A stretch of DNA of 64,000 nucleotides from Octopus sinensis (lineage: Eukaryota): NCBI RefSeq assembly GCF_006345805.1, contig NC_043021.1, positions 4,712,001-4,776,000 of the forward strand, in the 5' to 3' direction. This document shows positions 35,855-47,900 of the stretch, one piece after another. The translations under genes and the position numbers were made by a program. Every line of letters begins with the position of its first letter. Within the stretch, counting starts at the first letter, position 1. Under the pieces are notes generated by a model. That model had not been told where the DNA came from. It saw only the letters and a list, made by a program, of their open reading frames with translations, and did no database searches.

Positions 35855-36447
35855 CTTCGTGCGTGACGAGCCTCACTCTGGCAACTGAGTCGTCGTGGTC
35901 GCAGTGGTGATACTGAAACGGAATGGTATTGGAGGGGGCGGAGTTTCGAATCAGGGCACCTACATATGTTGAATTTTCTCCGTTTTTCGCACTGATTTTT
36001 TTTTTTTCAATGACTTTTTCACCACGGCCTTCGAAATGATGGGGGAGGGGGGGCATCATTTTATGAACAAATTTTTGAAAATTTATGATTTTCTTTTTCA
36101 CTTCCCCTTACTTCCAGATCGATTCTGGCTAATCTGTTTTGTACTTCGCACTAAAAAAAAAAAACCACGCGAGAAGCCTGCCTTATAGGTAAAAGAAAAT
36201 AAAGGAAAGAAAACATTTAAAAAAATATTTTCAGGAGAAAAGGTGTATAATTTAAGGGATATTTGGCTGTTGTTTCTAACACATCCTACAACTACCGTTC
36301 TCGTTTCTTTGTCACTTTGACATGTATTATGGAATGTTTAGCTCAAGGTGGTCCAGAGTCAAAACGAAAGATCGCCAATATTTCTTTCATTTCAAAATCT
36401 TTAAAAGATTTGATGTTGATTTTCAACATTTTCGGTTGACATGTAGG

Positions 36448-36740
36448 GGATCTATTCCATTTCACGTAAAGATTTTTTAATTAAACACTTTGAAACTTCG
36501 GATACTGGTAGAATGTGTTACGTAGAACTGGGTTTACTGTTAACGTTCTAACAAAATTGGATCTATTCCATTTGTCGGACAGATTGAAAAAATATTTTTA
36601 AAACTAAACATAACTTCTAAAATACAAAATTTTGTCGAAAACGTTAAGAGTAAACCCTGTTCTATGTGGCACATTCTACCAGTATCCGAAGTTTCAAAGT
36701 ATTTAGTTTAAAAAAATCTGTCCGTCAAATGGATAGATCC
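36448..36740. mobile_element. Long-arm palindromic MITE
   Basis: About 110-bp imperfect inverted arms (CTTTGAAACTTCGGATACTGGTAGAATGTG / CACATTCTACCAGTATCCGAAGTTTCAAAG); related fragment near 22780-22900. Confidence 0.75.
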
Positions 36741-37454
36741 ATGTTTTTGGAGATCCTTCGGTATAGGTACAGTAAGTACCGGAAGTGGCTTTGTTTACAT
36801 TTCTGAAGGTAACAGAAACCTTTTTCTCCCACCCCCTAACCCTAACGCAAACCTTAACCCTCCATATGTATAAACAAAAAAAAAACACTTTCTTGAAATG
36901 TATCCGGTACCTATACCGAAGTTACGCCAAATTTTTTTTAAATTGGGGTGAGGGAGGGAAGGGAAAGGTTAATGTGGAAATTAAAATTTATATCGAAAAC
37001 ATGTTGAAAAAAATAAATAAAATAAACGAAAAGCGGAGGGGTATTTTACACGCTACCCTCGTCCAACACCGATCGTAATTCAGCAAGAATTCAGAAATGA
37101 TGTGGGCAGATAGTTTAAAGCTGAAGTTGTCTGTGTAATGGCAGGTTTGGTGGCCTTCAACTAACACTATCTCCTCCGAGACCCTGCGGCGCAAGTTGAC
37201 CAAAATTGAGAGTATGATAGAAGAAGGCTTGCTCTTCATTCCGTAGAAGAAAAAAATCAAATCGGACCATGTTAGCACCAAAAATTATTTACATAAAAAA
37301 GGTGCTTTTTTTTAATGAAAATCCCTATTTTTTACGATCTTTTTACTGCTGTGTTGTCATTTTTCGGGGTGTATTTCAACCAGAAAAATGTTCACTTAAA
37401 GAGAATAACAAGCTACATAATGCAAAATTTTTACTTTTCAAAAATTCCAATTCT

Positions 37455-37499
37455 AAAGGGTCGAAAGAAACCTCGAGCAACGCCGGGCGATTCTGCTAG
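37455..37499 (+). mobile_element. Helitron 3' end
   Basis: CGAGCAACGCCGGGCGATTCTGCTAG|T; 5' end not located. Confidence 0.6.
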
Positions 37500-37518
37500 T
37501 AACTGTGCTTATACAAGC

Positions 37519-37908
37519 GGAGGCGCAATGGCCCAGTGGTTAGGGCAGCGGACTCGCGGTCGTAGGATCGCGGTTTCGATTCGCAGACCGGGCATTGTGA
37601 GTGTTTATTGAGCGAAAACACCTAAAGCTCCACGAGGCTCCCTCCGGCAGGGGATGGTGGCGATCCCTGCTGTACTCTTTCACCACAACTTTCTCTCACT
37701 CTTACTTCCTGTTTCTGTTGTACCTGTATTTCAAAGGGCCGCCGGCCTTGTCACTCTCTGTGTCACGCTGAATATCCCCCAAGAACTACGTTAAGGGTAC
37801 ACGTGTCTGTGGAGTGCTCAGCCACTTACACGTTAATTTCACGAGCAGGCTGTTCCGTTGATTCGGATCAACCGGAACCCTCGTTGTCGTAACCGACGGA
37901 GTGCTTCC
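37519..37908 (+). mobile_element. tRNA-derived SINE family A, between NTAQ1 and POLRMT start codons
   Basis: Full-length copy with A and B boxes. Confidence 0.92.
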
Positions 37909-38413
37909 ACAGGTTATACAACGAAAGTGAAATAAAAAAGGGGAGAGAAGCGGGTTGTTTCTAGGGGGACGTAACTCTCGATTTATTTCCTACTCCATTA
38001 TTTATCTGAAGATCTTTCTTTCGCTTAGTGTCCTCTAAGCCAAGGTTGTGTCGTCTGAACACATGCAATATATTGCTCTAAATTAATTCAGCTGAACCTT
38101 CGAAGCCCTTACGCTATATAGTTCCCCCAGCCGAAGTTGGGACTTCCACTATGTCACCTTTTCTTTACCACTTCTCCTTGACCGGGTCCTCATCCACATC
38201 ATGCTGTGTGCAGACGTGAAGTTTGTGGTTTTTCTCTCGAACCACGAGGTAACAGCCGCATCCTTTGCTGGTGGTGCTGTTTACCTATCACCACCACCAT
38301 CATCCTCGAACTTGATAAATAATTGTGTCGAAGCCAAACACACGCAATGTCAGTCCCGCTTAACTTCTTTAGCTCTATGATGCTTCAAGCCAGACGTCCC
38401 ATCCGACGATAAC

Positions 38414-38453
38414 ATGTCACTCATACCACGCTGTTCGACGCTTTGCCGTCCGA
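38414..38453 (+). CDS. POLRMT: POLRMT exon 1 (mitochondrial presequence)
   Basis: MSLIPRCSTLCRP+A, GTAAGT donor, phase 1. Confidence 0.8.
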
Positions 38454-38871
38454 GTAAGTCGTCCTATTTCATCTTCTATATATATTTCATTATATTTCCT
38501 TTCTTCAGTTTGTTAGATTCATCTGTCAAGAAATATCAAATTAACCAGGAATATGATAATAGCAATAAGAAGAAATACTTTATGTTTTTATTATTATTAT
38601 ATAACGATGAAGCATATTTTCATACTTTAAACTTAAGGCATGGTTTCGTTTGCGGTGTCGAGATATCTATTATAGACACGAGGCCTAAAATTTGAGGGAA
38701 GGAGATTATCGAGTGTCTATTACATCGACCCCAGTGCGTAACTGGTACTTATTTAATCGACCCCGAAAGGATGAAAGGCAAAGTCGACCTCGGCGCAATT
38801 TGAACTCAGAACGTAACGACAGACGAAATACCGCTAGCCCGGCGTGCTAACGATTCTGCCAGCTCGCTGCC

Positions 38872-38916
<45 letters not shown>

Positions 38917-41900
38917 GGCGAACCTTCGGTATAGGTACACACGTGACTTTGTTTACATTTCTGAAGATAACAGAAACCCTTTTCTCCCACCCCTAACTCT
39001 AACATAAACCCTAACCCCCCTCATATATAAAAAAAACAAAAACACTTTCTTGAAATGTTTCCGGTACTTCCACCGGTACATATACCGAAGTTACGCCTAA
39101 TAATAATAATAGTAAGGTAATTGTTCAGTTTGGTTAGATTAAAAGAGTAAATAAAAATTAAGGGGCAGATAAGTAGTAAAAGAAGCTAAGGGACGGATCA
39201 GGAATCGTGGACCTTCATTCAATTAGGAAAAGCTAGAGACAGTATTCTTCCTGTTGTTCATCTGCCAGTCGCAATTGAGGAGCACGTGCAGAAGTAAATG
39301 TATTTTCCAAGACTAGTCTAAGCTTGAGCAATATTGAGACAGATGGTGTAGACATACTGTTAGCTGAGAGATGGATAAACCAAGTTATTGTGGTAGGTAG
39401 GGTATGTAATAGGATATGCGTAGCCGAAATTTGGTCTGCCGTTACGTTCTGAGTTCAAATTCCGCCGAGGTCGACTTTCCCTTTCATCCTTTTGGGGTCG
39501 ATTAAATAAGTACCAGTTACGAACTGGGGGTCGATATAATCGACTTAATCTGTTTGTTTGTCCTCTCTGTGTTTAGCCCCTTGTGGGTAGTAAAGAAATA
39601 GGTATGCAATAGGATAATCAAATTGAGACTAATTATAGGCAACATAATTAGAGTATTGAGATGTTACTGTTTTAATCCCAGGTCAAACTTGATTTCATAG
39701 GCATCTGATGAAAAGCACGCCAGCCATGACCATCCTTTTTTTTTTCCTATGTGCACAGATTCCGGGACAATATCATCCAGCATTGTTCTTTAAGGCTAAT
39801 TTGGCTGCTATTTTTTGCAAGTCAAATGTCCACAGAGCCTTGTTGTTTGATTGAAATCATCCTCATCATTTAACATCCATTTTCTATGCTGTCATGGTTT
39901 GACAGAAGCTGGCAGGCAGAAGACTGCACCAGGCTTCACTGCCTGTTTTGGAGGAATGGTTTTTACAGCCACCCCACAGAGTTGACTGGATGCTTTTTAC
40001 ATGGCCCCAGCACTGGCAGGATCACCAAGTAACTTGCAAGACAAAGAGCCTTTGAGGGGTGAGGTCATGAAAGGATGTGGCCTTGTGCCAGGTGATGAGA
40101 GGTTAGAGTGTGACAGAGGAATAGAAACAGGTGTCTTACTGTAGAGATTACCCAGTCAGAGGGAGAGAAAGAGAGGGAGTAATAAGGAATGAGAGAGAGG
40201 GGAAGAGTGCAAAAGTGAGTGGGAGAGAGATGGTAGCAAAGGGCCAAGGCATAACCTCAAGGTACAGGGATTAGAATATAAATGGGATGGGAGAGTATTA
40301 CTTAGGGTGCATGAATAGGGAGTGAGGACTTCACATGAATGCAAAGAGTGTGAGGGTGGGGAATGCAGTATCTAGTAAAACCAAAGTATATAGGGGAGAT
40401 GGGGGGACAACAGTGATTAGGGAAGTGGGGACAGGATTGGGGAACGAGGGATAAGCATAAACATAATGAATGAAAACGAATAACTTCGTTAATACAACAG
40501 TTACTTGATCTAGAGATGGCAGCCAGTTCTCTCTCAAATCACAGCATACTGACTGAAATAAAGGAAGAATAGTCATGGTTGCTTGATGAAGGCTGACCTA
40601 GGGTTAAATAATGATAACACCTTCAACACCACAATGAGGTGAGAGGAGAGCCTTCTGTGCGGTTGTTAAACTTTGTAGAAATAGCAGCCTTCCTTGAATG
40701 AAGAACACCTGGACAATGTAGTCCTAATTATATCAAAAGACAGGATAGTTATGGCTGGAACACCTTTGATCAAACGGCTCATCTTTTATCATATTTCTAT
40801 TACTTTTTTCATGTGGCCTCAATAATGCTGGTTGCACAAAAAAGGTGCCACCAGCATTATTATGCAGAGAAAATATGTAGTCTTAGATACACTATATCTG
40901 AATAAAAGCGGTGATGGTCCCAGTTGGAATATTTTAAAATTAGAAATCTGGATCAGAACTAACCCGAGGTGAAAAAACATTATATCACTTTGTCTGAATA
41001 AAAGACAAAAAAAAGGATGGTCATGATCAGAAGACCTTTGATCAGACTTCTGCAGCACCTAGGCTGACCTGGGGTTAAGCAATACAGCTGCTGTTCTTCA
41101 CTCCTGCTGCAGAGCGTGGGCTGCGGATCATTCCGAAAAGCTCTATCTACGACGATTTCATCTCTATCGAAGGAGAGGGTCTTTCTCCATCCGGGTTGCG
41201 GATCCGTGGAATAAGCTGCCGGATGAGATAGTGAAGATGCCGTCGACCGCTCGGTTCAAAGTCTCTCTTGACCAGAAATGGCCTGAACTCTTTGTATAAC
41301 CACCCTCCCTCTACATAACTCCCTGTCCCCCTACATGGTCTTGCTTTTGCTTTTTGTGCCAATAAAAATTGAATTGAATTGAGTAACAATATGGTTACAT
41401 GCTTCGCTTTTATTTTATTGCTATTTTTTCAAAATATGCTTCTGTCTTTGTAGGCTGCCTCTTTTCCTGTTTGATCAAGCATTATTCATCTCACCCAAAG
41501 ACAGTTTCATCAAAACTACAGAAGAAGAAGCTTTTCCGTGAAATTTGCAATCACAAAGAATTGGTGGCCTGTGAGATTATTAATCAGTTTTCTATTGATT
41601 TCTCTTCTACATCAAATGTTTTCACTGTTTATACACACCAGCTGATGTCAGAACATTTCATCTGTAGTAGTAGTATATACACTACATATCTTCACCACCA
41701 CGTCAAATTATGTCACCTCTCATTTTCAACATACCTGTGCCACACCTGTGTGTGTGTAGAAAATCAACATAGAAACTTGTGGCTTTCTTTAACACACATA
41801 TCATACAACATGCATATACACACATGCATGCACACATATCTATGTCTGTATTTGTGTTTGTCTTTTCCCCACCACTTGACCATTGGTGCTGGTTTGATTA

Positions 41901-44900
41901 CTGCCCCATAACCTAGTGGTTTGGCATAATTGACCAGTAAAATAAGTACCAAGTCAATTTGTCCAACTAAATCCTTCAAGACAGTGTCCAGCATAGCCAC
42001 AGTCCAGCAACTGAAACAAATACAAATAGAAGGGTAAAAGATGTGTACATTCTATAGTGGATCTTCCTTTGGTTTTGGCAATGAGCATTTGCTTGACCAG
42101 CAGTACTATTCTCTCTCTTTTACTTGTTTCAGTCATTTGACTGCGGCCATGCTGGAGCACCACCTTTAATCGAGCAACTCGACCCCGGGACTTATTCTTT
42201 TGTAAGCCCAGTACTTATTCTATCGGTCTCTTTTGCCGAACCGCTAAGTAACGGAGACATAAACACACCAGCATCGGTTGTCAAGCAATGCTAGGGGGAC
42301 AAACACAGACACACAAACACATCATCATCATCATCATCATCATCGTTTAACGTCCGTTCTCCATGCTAGCATGGGTTGGACGGTTCGACCGGGGATCTGG
42401 GAAGCCAGAAGGCTGCACCAGGCTCCAGTCTTATCTGGAAGTGTTTCTACAGCTGGATGCCCTTCCTAACGCCAACCACTCCGTGAGTGTAGTGGGTGCT
42501 TTTTACGTGCCACCTGCACAGGTGCCAGGCGAGGCTGGCAACGGCCACAGTCGGATTGGTGTATTTTATGTGCCACCGGCACGGAAGCCAGACGAGGCGG
42601 TGCTGGCATCGGCCGCGAGTCGGATGGTGCTTTTTACGTACCACCAGACCAGGGATCCTGGCTGGTTCAATTCGATTTCGATTTCGCTTGCCCCAACATG
42701 TCTTCGCAAGCAAGGGGGTTGGCATGGGTGCCTGTTGTACGGTCAGATTGGTGTATTTTACGTGCCACCGGCACGGAAGCCAGTGGAGGCGGCGCTGGCA
42801 TCGGCCACGAGTCGGATAGTGCTTTTTACGTACCACCAGACCAGGGAACCTGGCTGGTTCAATTCGATTTCGCTTGCCCCAACATGTCTTCGCAAGCAAG
42901 GGGGTTGGCATGGGTGCCTGTCGTACGGTCAGATTGGTGTATTTTACGTGCCACCGGCACGGAAGCCAGTGGAGGCGGCGCTGGCATCGGCCACGAGTCG
43001 GATAGTGCTTTTTACGTACCACCAGACCAGGGATCCTGGCTGGTTCAATTCGATTTTGACTTCGATTTCGATTTCGCTTGCCCCAACATGTCTTCGCAAG
43101 CAAAGGGGGTTGGCATGGGTGCCTGTCGTCGGATGAGGTTCTATATCGACTTCGCTTGCCTCAACAGGTCTTTGTGTCCAAGGGAGGAAAGGCATTCATA
43201 AGTGGGCTGGGCTCACTTGTCCTGCCTGGTCTTCTCACGTACAGAATATTTCCTCAGTGAGGCCTAAAGTTCGAAGGTCGTGCTTCACCACCTCGTCCCA
43301 GGTTTTCCTGGGTCTACCTCTTCCACAGGTTCCCTCAACTGCTAAGGATTGGCACTTTCTCACACACCTATCTTCATCCATTCTCGCCACATGACCATAC
43401 CAGCGCAATCGTCTCTCTTGCACACCACAACTGATGCCTCTTAGGTACAACATTTCTCTCAAGGTGCTAACGCTCTGTCGAGTATGTACACTGACATTAC
43501 ACATCCATCGGAGCATACTGGCTTCATTCCTCACGAGCTTACGCATGTCCTCGGCAGTCACGGCCCATGTTTCACTGCCATGTAGCATGGCTGTTCGTAC
43601 ACACGCATCATACAGTCTGCCTTTTACTCTGAGCGAGAGGCCTTTAGTCACCAGCAGAAGTAAGAGCTCCCTAAACTTTGCCCAGTTACACTTTCAGCGC
43701 ACCCACCCCCACTACTGACTTGGTCACCTAGATAACGGAAGCTATCAACTACTTCTAGTTTTTCCCCTTGGAAAGTGACTGAAGTTATTTTCTGCAGATT
43801 TTCGGAGGTTAATGCTCCTGAGCATCTGCCACATACAAAAACTATCTTCCCAGTTAGCCTACCTTTGACATTGCTGCACCTCTTATGTGTCCATAGCTTA
43901 CACTGGGTACATCTTATAGAGTTTCTACCTACACCTTTTCTACAGATCGAGCAGGGCCATCTTCCTGAAGACATTTGTGGATTGTCTACCTTCCTACTTA
44001 TTAGTACTTTGGTTTTAGCTAGGTTGACTCTAAGGCCCCTCGATTCTAAACCCTCCTTCCACACCTGGAACTTCTCCTCCAGCTCTGATAGTGACTCAGC
44101 AATAAGAGCAAGGTCGTCAGCGTAGAGGAGCTCCCAGGGACAACCTGTCTTGAATTCCTCCGTAATTGCCTGTAGGACTATGATAAATAAGAGGGGGCTG
44201 AGTACTGAACCCTGGTGGACCCCAACCTCTACTTTGAATTCTTCTGTGTACATGTTGCTAACCCTAACCTTACTTACGGCATCTCTGTACATGGCTTGCA
44301 CAGTCCTCACCAGCCATTCATCTATCCCTAGTTTCCTCATTGACCACCAGATAAGGGATCGGGGGACCCTATCAAAAGCTTTCTCCATGTCAACAAAAGC
44401 CAGGTACAGGGGCTTATCTTTGGCTAGGTATTTCTCCTGCAGCTGCCTTACCAGGAATATAGCATCCGTGGTACTTTTCCCTTGCACGAACCCAAACTGC
44501 ATCTCATCTAAACTAACTCTCTCTCTAATTAGTTGGGCTATGACCCTCTCCGTAACCTTCATTACTTGATCCAACAGCTTGATACCTCTGTAATTATTTG
44601 TATCTAGGGCATCACCTTTACCTTTGTAGCAGTTGACTAGTATGCTGCTACACCAGTCATTAGGTATGACTCCTTCGTGTATCACCTGGTTGACTATACG
44701 GGTAACTAGGTTATAGCCGACACTGCCAGATATTTTGAGCATCTCTGCAGTAATTCCTGATGGGCCTGGGGCTTTCCCTGTCTTCATGCTTCTAATTGCC
44801 TTGGCTACCATGGAACTATCAACTCGGATAGCTGGTCCCTCTGTTGGGTCAACATTCGGCAGACTCTCTTTATCCCATTCATTTTCTTTATTCAGCAACC

Positions 44901-47900
44901 TTTCATAGTGGCATCTCCAAACCTCTCTCTTTGCATCCTCATTTAGCGCAAGTGAACCATCATCCATGCGAACACACTTCTCTCCTACCACATCACGATT
45001 CTCTCTCACACACTCTCTTGCAACACGAAATACCTCAAGTCTTTCATCCTCACGGCTCAGAACATTGGCAAATTTTTTCTTCTCCGCTTCCCCTCTGGCT
45101 AAATAAACCTGTTTCCTAGCTTCCCTTCTGGCTGTCTGATACAATTCCCTGCTACCACCGTTCCTCCAGTCCTTCCAAGCCTGTCTCTTTTGTCTAATAG
45201 CCCTGTCAACCACAGAGTTCCACCACCATGTTACTCTGGGTCGAGATGGTACTTTGCTCCATCCACAGATCTGGTCAGTGGCTGTCAGCAGATTGTCCCG
45301 TAGAAATCTCCAGTTGCCTTCCACATTAAGTGAAGCTATATCCCCTTCTATTTCGTCAAAGGCTTCGAGTAGTATGTCTCTAAATCTCTGTCCATTTGCA
45401 GGATCTTTAAGCTTCCAGACCCTTCTCCTCCAAGCAGGTCTTCTTCTGGGCAACCATTTAGCTCTGATCCTGAAGTCGCTAACTACTAATCTATGTTGAG
45501 GAGTACATTCTTCGCCTGGAAAGGTTTTGGCATTTATAAGCAGCCCTCTTTCCCTTTTTCTGGCAAGGATGTAGTCAATCTGGCTGGTGTGTCTGCCAGA
45601 ACAGTAGGTGACTAGGTGAGAGGTGGGTTTCCTGAAGTTGGTATTGCAGACCATAAGGTCATTTGCATCGCAGAACTCCAGCAGCCTGGTTCCCTCCTCA
45701 TTTCGAGAGCCAAAACCGTAGCCTCCATGGACGCCATGGAAGCCCCCGACATGCTGTCCGACATGTCCATTGAAATCACCTGCCACGAAGAGAAGGTCAC
45801 TGTCATTTGTCAACGAGGTAGTCCGCAATAGGGTGTCATAGAATTGGTCTTTTTGTCCTTCTGGTAGTCCTGGTTGAGGGGCATATGCCGAGATGATGGT
45901 AGCTGTCCTGTGGTGAAGGACTAATCTAATTTTAATTACTCTGTCACTTACTCTGACTACCTCGATTACCTTACCCACCCATTTCTCTGCAAGAAGTATA
46001 CCCACGCCCCCGACCCCGTCAGTGTTCCCTGCCCAGAAAATCTTGTACCTGTGTTCCTTGCCTGTGAGGAGCCTAGCGGAACCTCCTCTCCACCTTACTT
46101 CCTGGATACAACATACATCCACACGTCTCCGTTCAAGCAGCTCTACAATCTCTCCAGACCTACCTTTCAATGTGCCAACATTGAGTGTGCCAACTCTGAG
46201 GGTGTGGGAGGTGTAGGCCTCTGAGACCCTGGGATGAGGGACAGTCGTGTCATGTACCTGAAAAGAAAGCTTGCAGTTGGCAGATTTCATACTGAAACAC
46301 TAGACTTCAACCTGCATACATTTCACAGTTTTTGCGCTATATGATCAACCTGCATACATTTCGCAGTTTTTGCGCTATATGATCAAATAAACCCTACATG
46401 GGGATGGGGGTGGGGGGTGGTAAGTAAGACTGGGTTAGAAACTTCCATACAGCTGCATACGTTTCACCGTTTTTGCTCCATATGATCAAAAAGAACCGAC
46501 GTGGATGTATACGCGGGAGGGGGGAGTCAAGACAGCGGTAGAAACTTCCGGTTATTGGTGGAGGTTCGCCTCGAAGGAGCAGCGAGAATGAATATAAATC
46601 GTAGGGAATATTACACACCATCTAGAAACTTTGGAAATATTAGTAGAACGTAATTTAAATGAGAGGGGGCGAGATAGTACTTGTAAGAAGTCGGGGCCTG
46701 AAAACAAAACAGACAGGAAGCCGAGTTGGCAATGGCGATATAGATAAAGATAATAGAGAAACGGGATTAGGTTTACGATCAGCGCTTAAAAAATATGAAT
46801 GAATGACAGGTTAAAAAGTGAAGAACGCTTATCTGGGCATATTTCTGAGATCCGTGTTGTCATCAAGTAGCTCGAGAAATGGGACGAAATAAAATCGTAC
46901 ACTGGTTTATAAGGAGTTAGGGATTGGGGGGGGACGCATATATATATATACATATATATGACGGGCTTCTTTCAGTTTCCGTCTACCAAATCCACTCACA
47001 AGGCTTTGGTCGGCCCAGGGCTATAGCAGAAGACACTTGCCCAAGATGCCACGCAGTGGGACTGAACCCGGAACCATGTGGTTGGTAAACAAGCTACTTA
47101 CCACACAGCCACTCCTGTTTCATAACATTTTTTAAAAAATCGTTTTAACACTGATGTTTACTAATTGAGACAACATAAATGGTATTTATTTCTGTTCTGT
47201 CATTTTCTCTTTAAATATTGAATGTGTGTCTGACATTTTTTTCCTTTTTTTTTTATCGTGATTTCGTTATTTTCTTTCAGTGTTGAATGCTCGTCTAAGC
47301 CACTTGCAGGGATCCAGTGATGAATTCCATGTCCTTCGACCGGCACACCACGATGGCAGTTTTGAGGACCGTTTGCAAGAGCTTCGTTATTTTTACGATA
47401 GTGCACCAATTGGTTTTGAAAGATCAGTGAGTGAGTGTCCACTTTCGGGCATTACTCCTGATTTTATAAAAGAACTCGTGACAACACAGCAGAAACTGAC
47501 AGAAATCAGCAGTGATGTGTGGCATCAAGACTACAAATCATTCCACAATCAAATGATGGCTGTCATTAAGAAATCAAAAGGGAAGAAGAAACAACCTGTT
47601 TCTTTAAAAACCACAAAACGAAACTTAAACTTAAAGGCATCACGGAAAGGAAAAAATGTTGCTGATAAATTACACAAACAAAAAGAACTGTACCAAACTG
47701 TTGTTCCTACATTGGTCTCTCCTCTTGGGGAATGGTCTGCCACTGAAGAAGATCTTGCCTCTGGAAAGTTTTCTACCTCAGAAGAAGTTTCTGTCCCAGG
47801 AGGGGATTTTGTCAATGACTTGAAAATTATGCATGATGGTCAATTTGTCAGTGATGAAGAAGTCCTCCTATCTGAAAGGAGTCAGGCACATTTGTACAGT

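Noticed and set aside
36828-36860. Interstitial telomere or chromosome-fusion scar
   Set aside because: Only 3-4 degenerate units, inside a MITE that has a second copy.
41399-41911. 170-aa plus-strand ORF as a stand-alone gene
   Set aside because: Only 41454-41570 is explained, as POLRMT exon 2; the rest is intron read-through.
42480-43135. Regularly spaced palindromic repeats resembling a CRISPR array
   Set aside because: The spacers are themselves repeated, there are no cas genes, the context is eukaryotic, and the repeats are part of a LINE 3' UTR.
42363-43201. 257-aa and 218-aa repeat-rich ORFs, and similar [11 protein letters not shown] ORFs elsewhere
   Set aside because: Incidental frames through the GC-rich RTE 3' UTR; they are not conserved in frame between copies.
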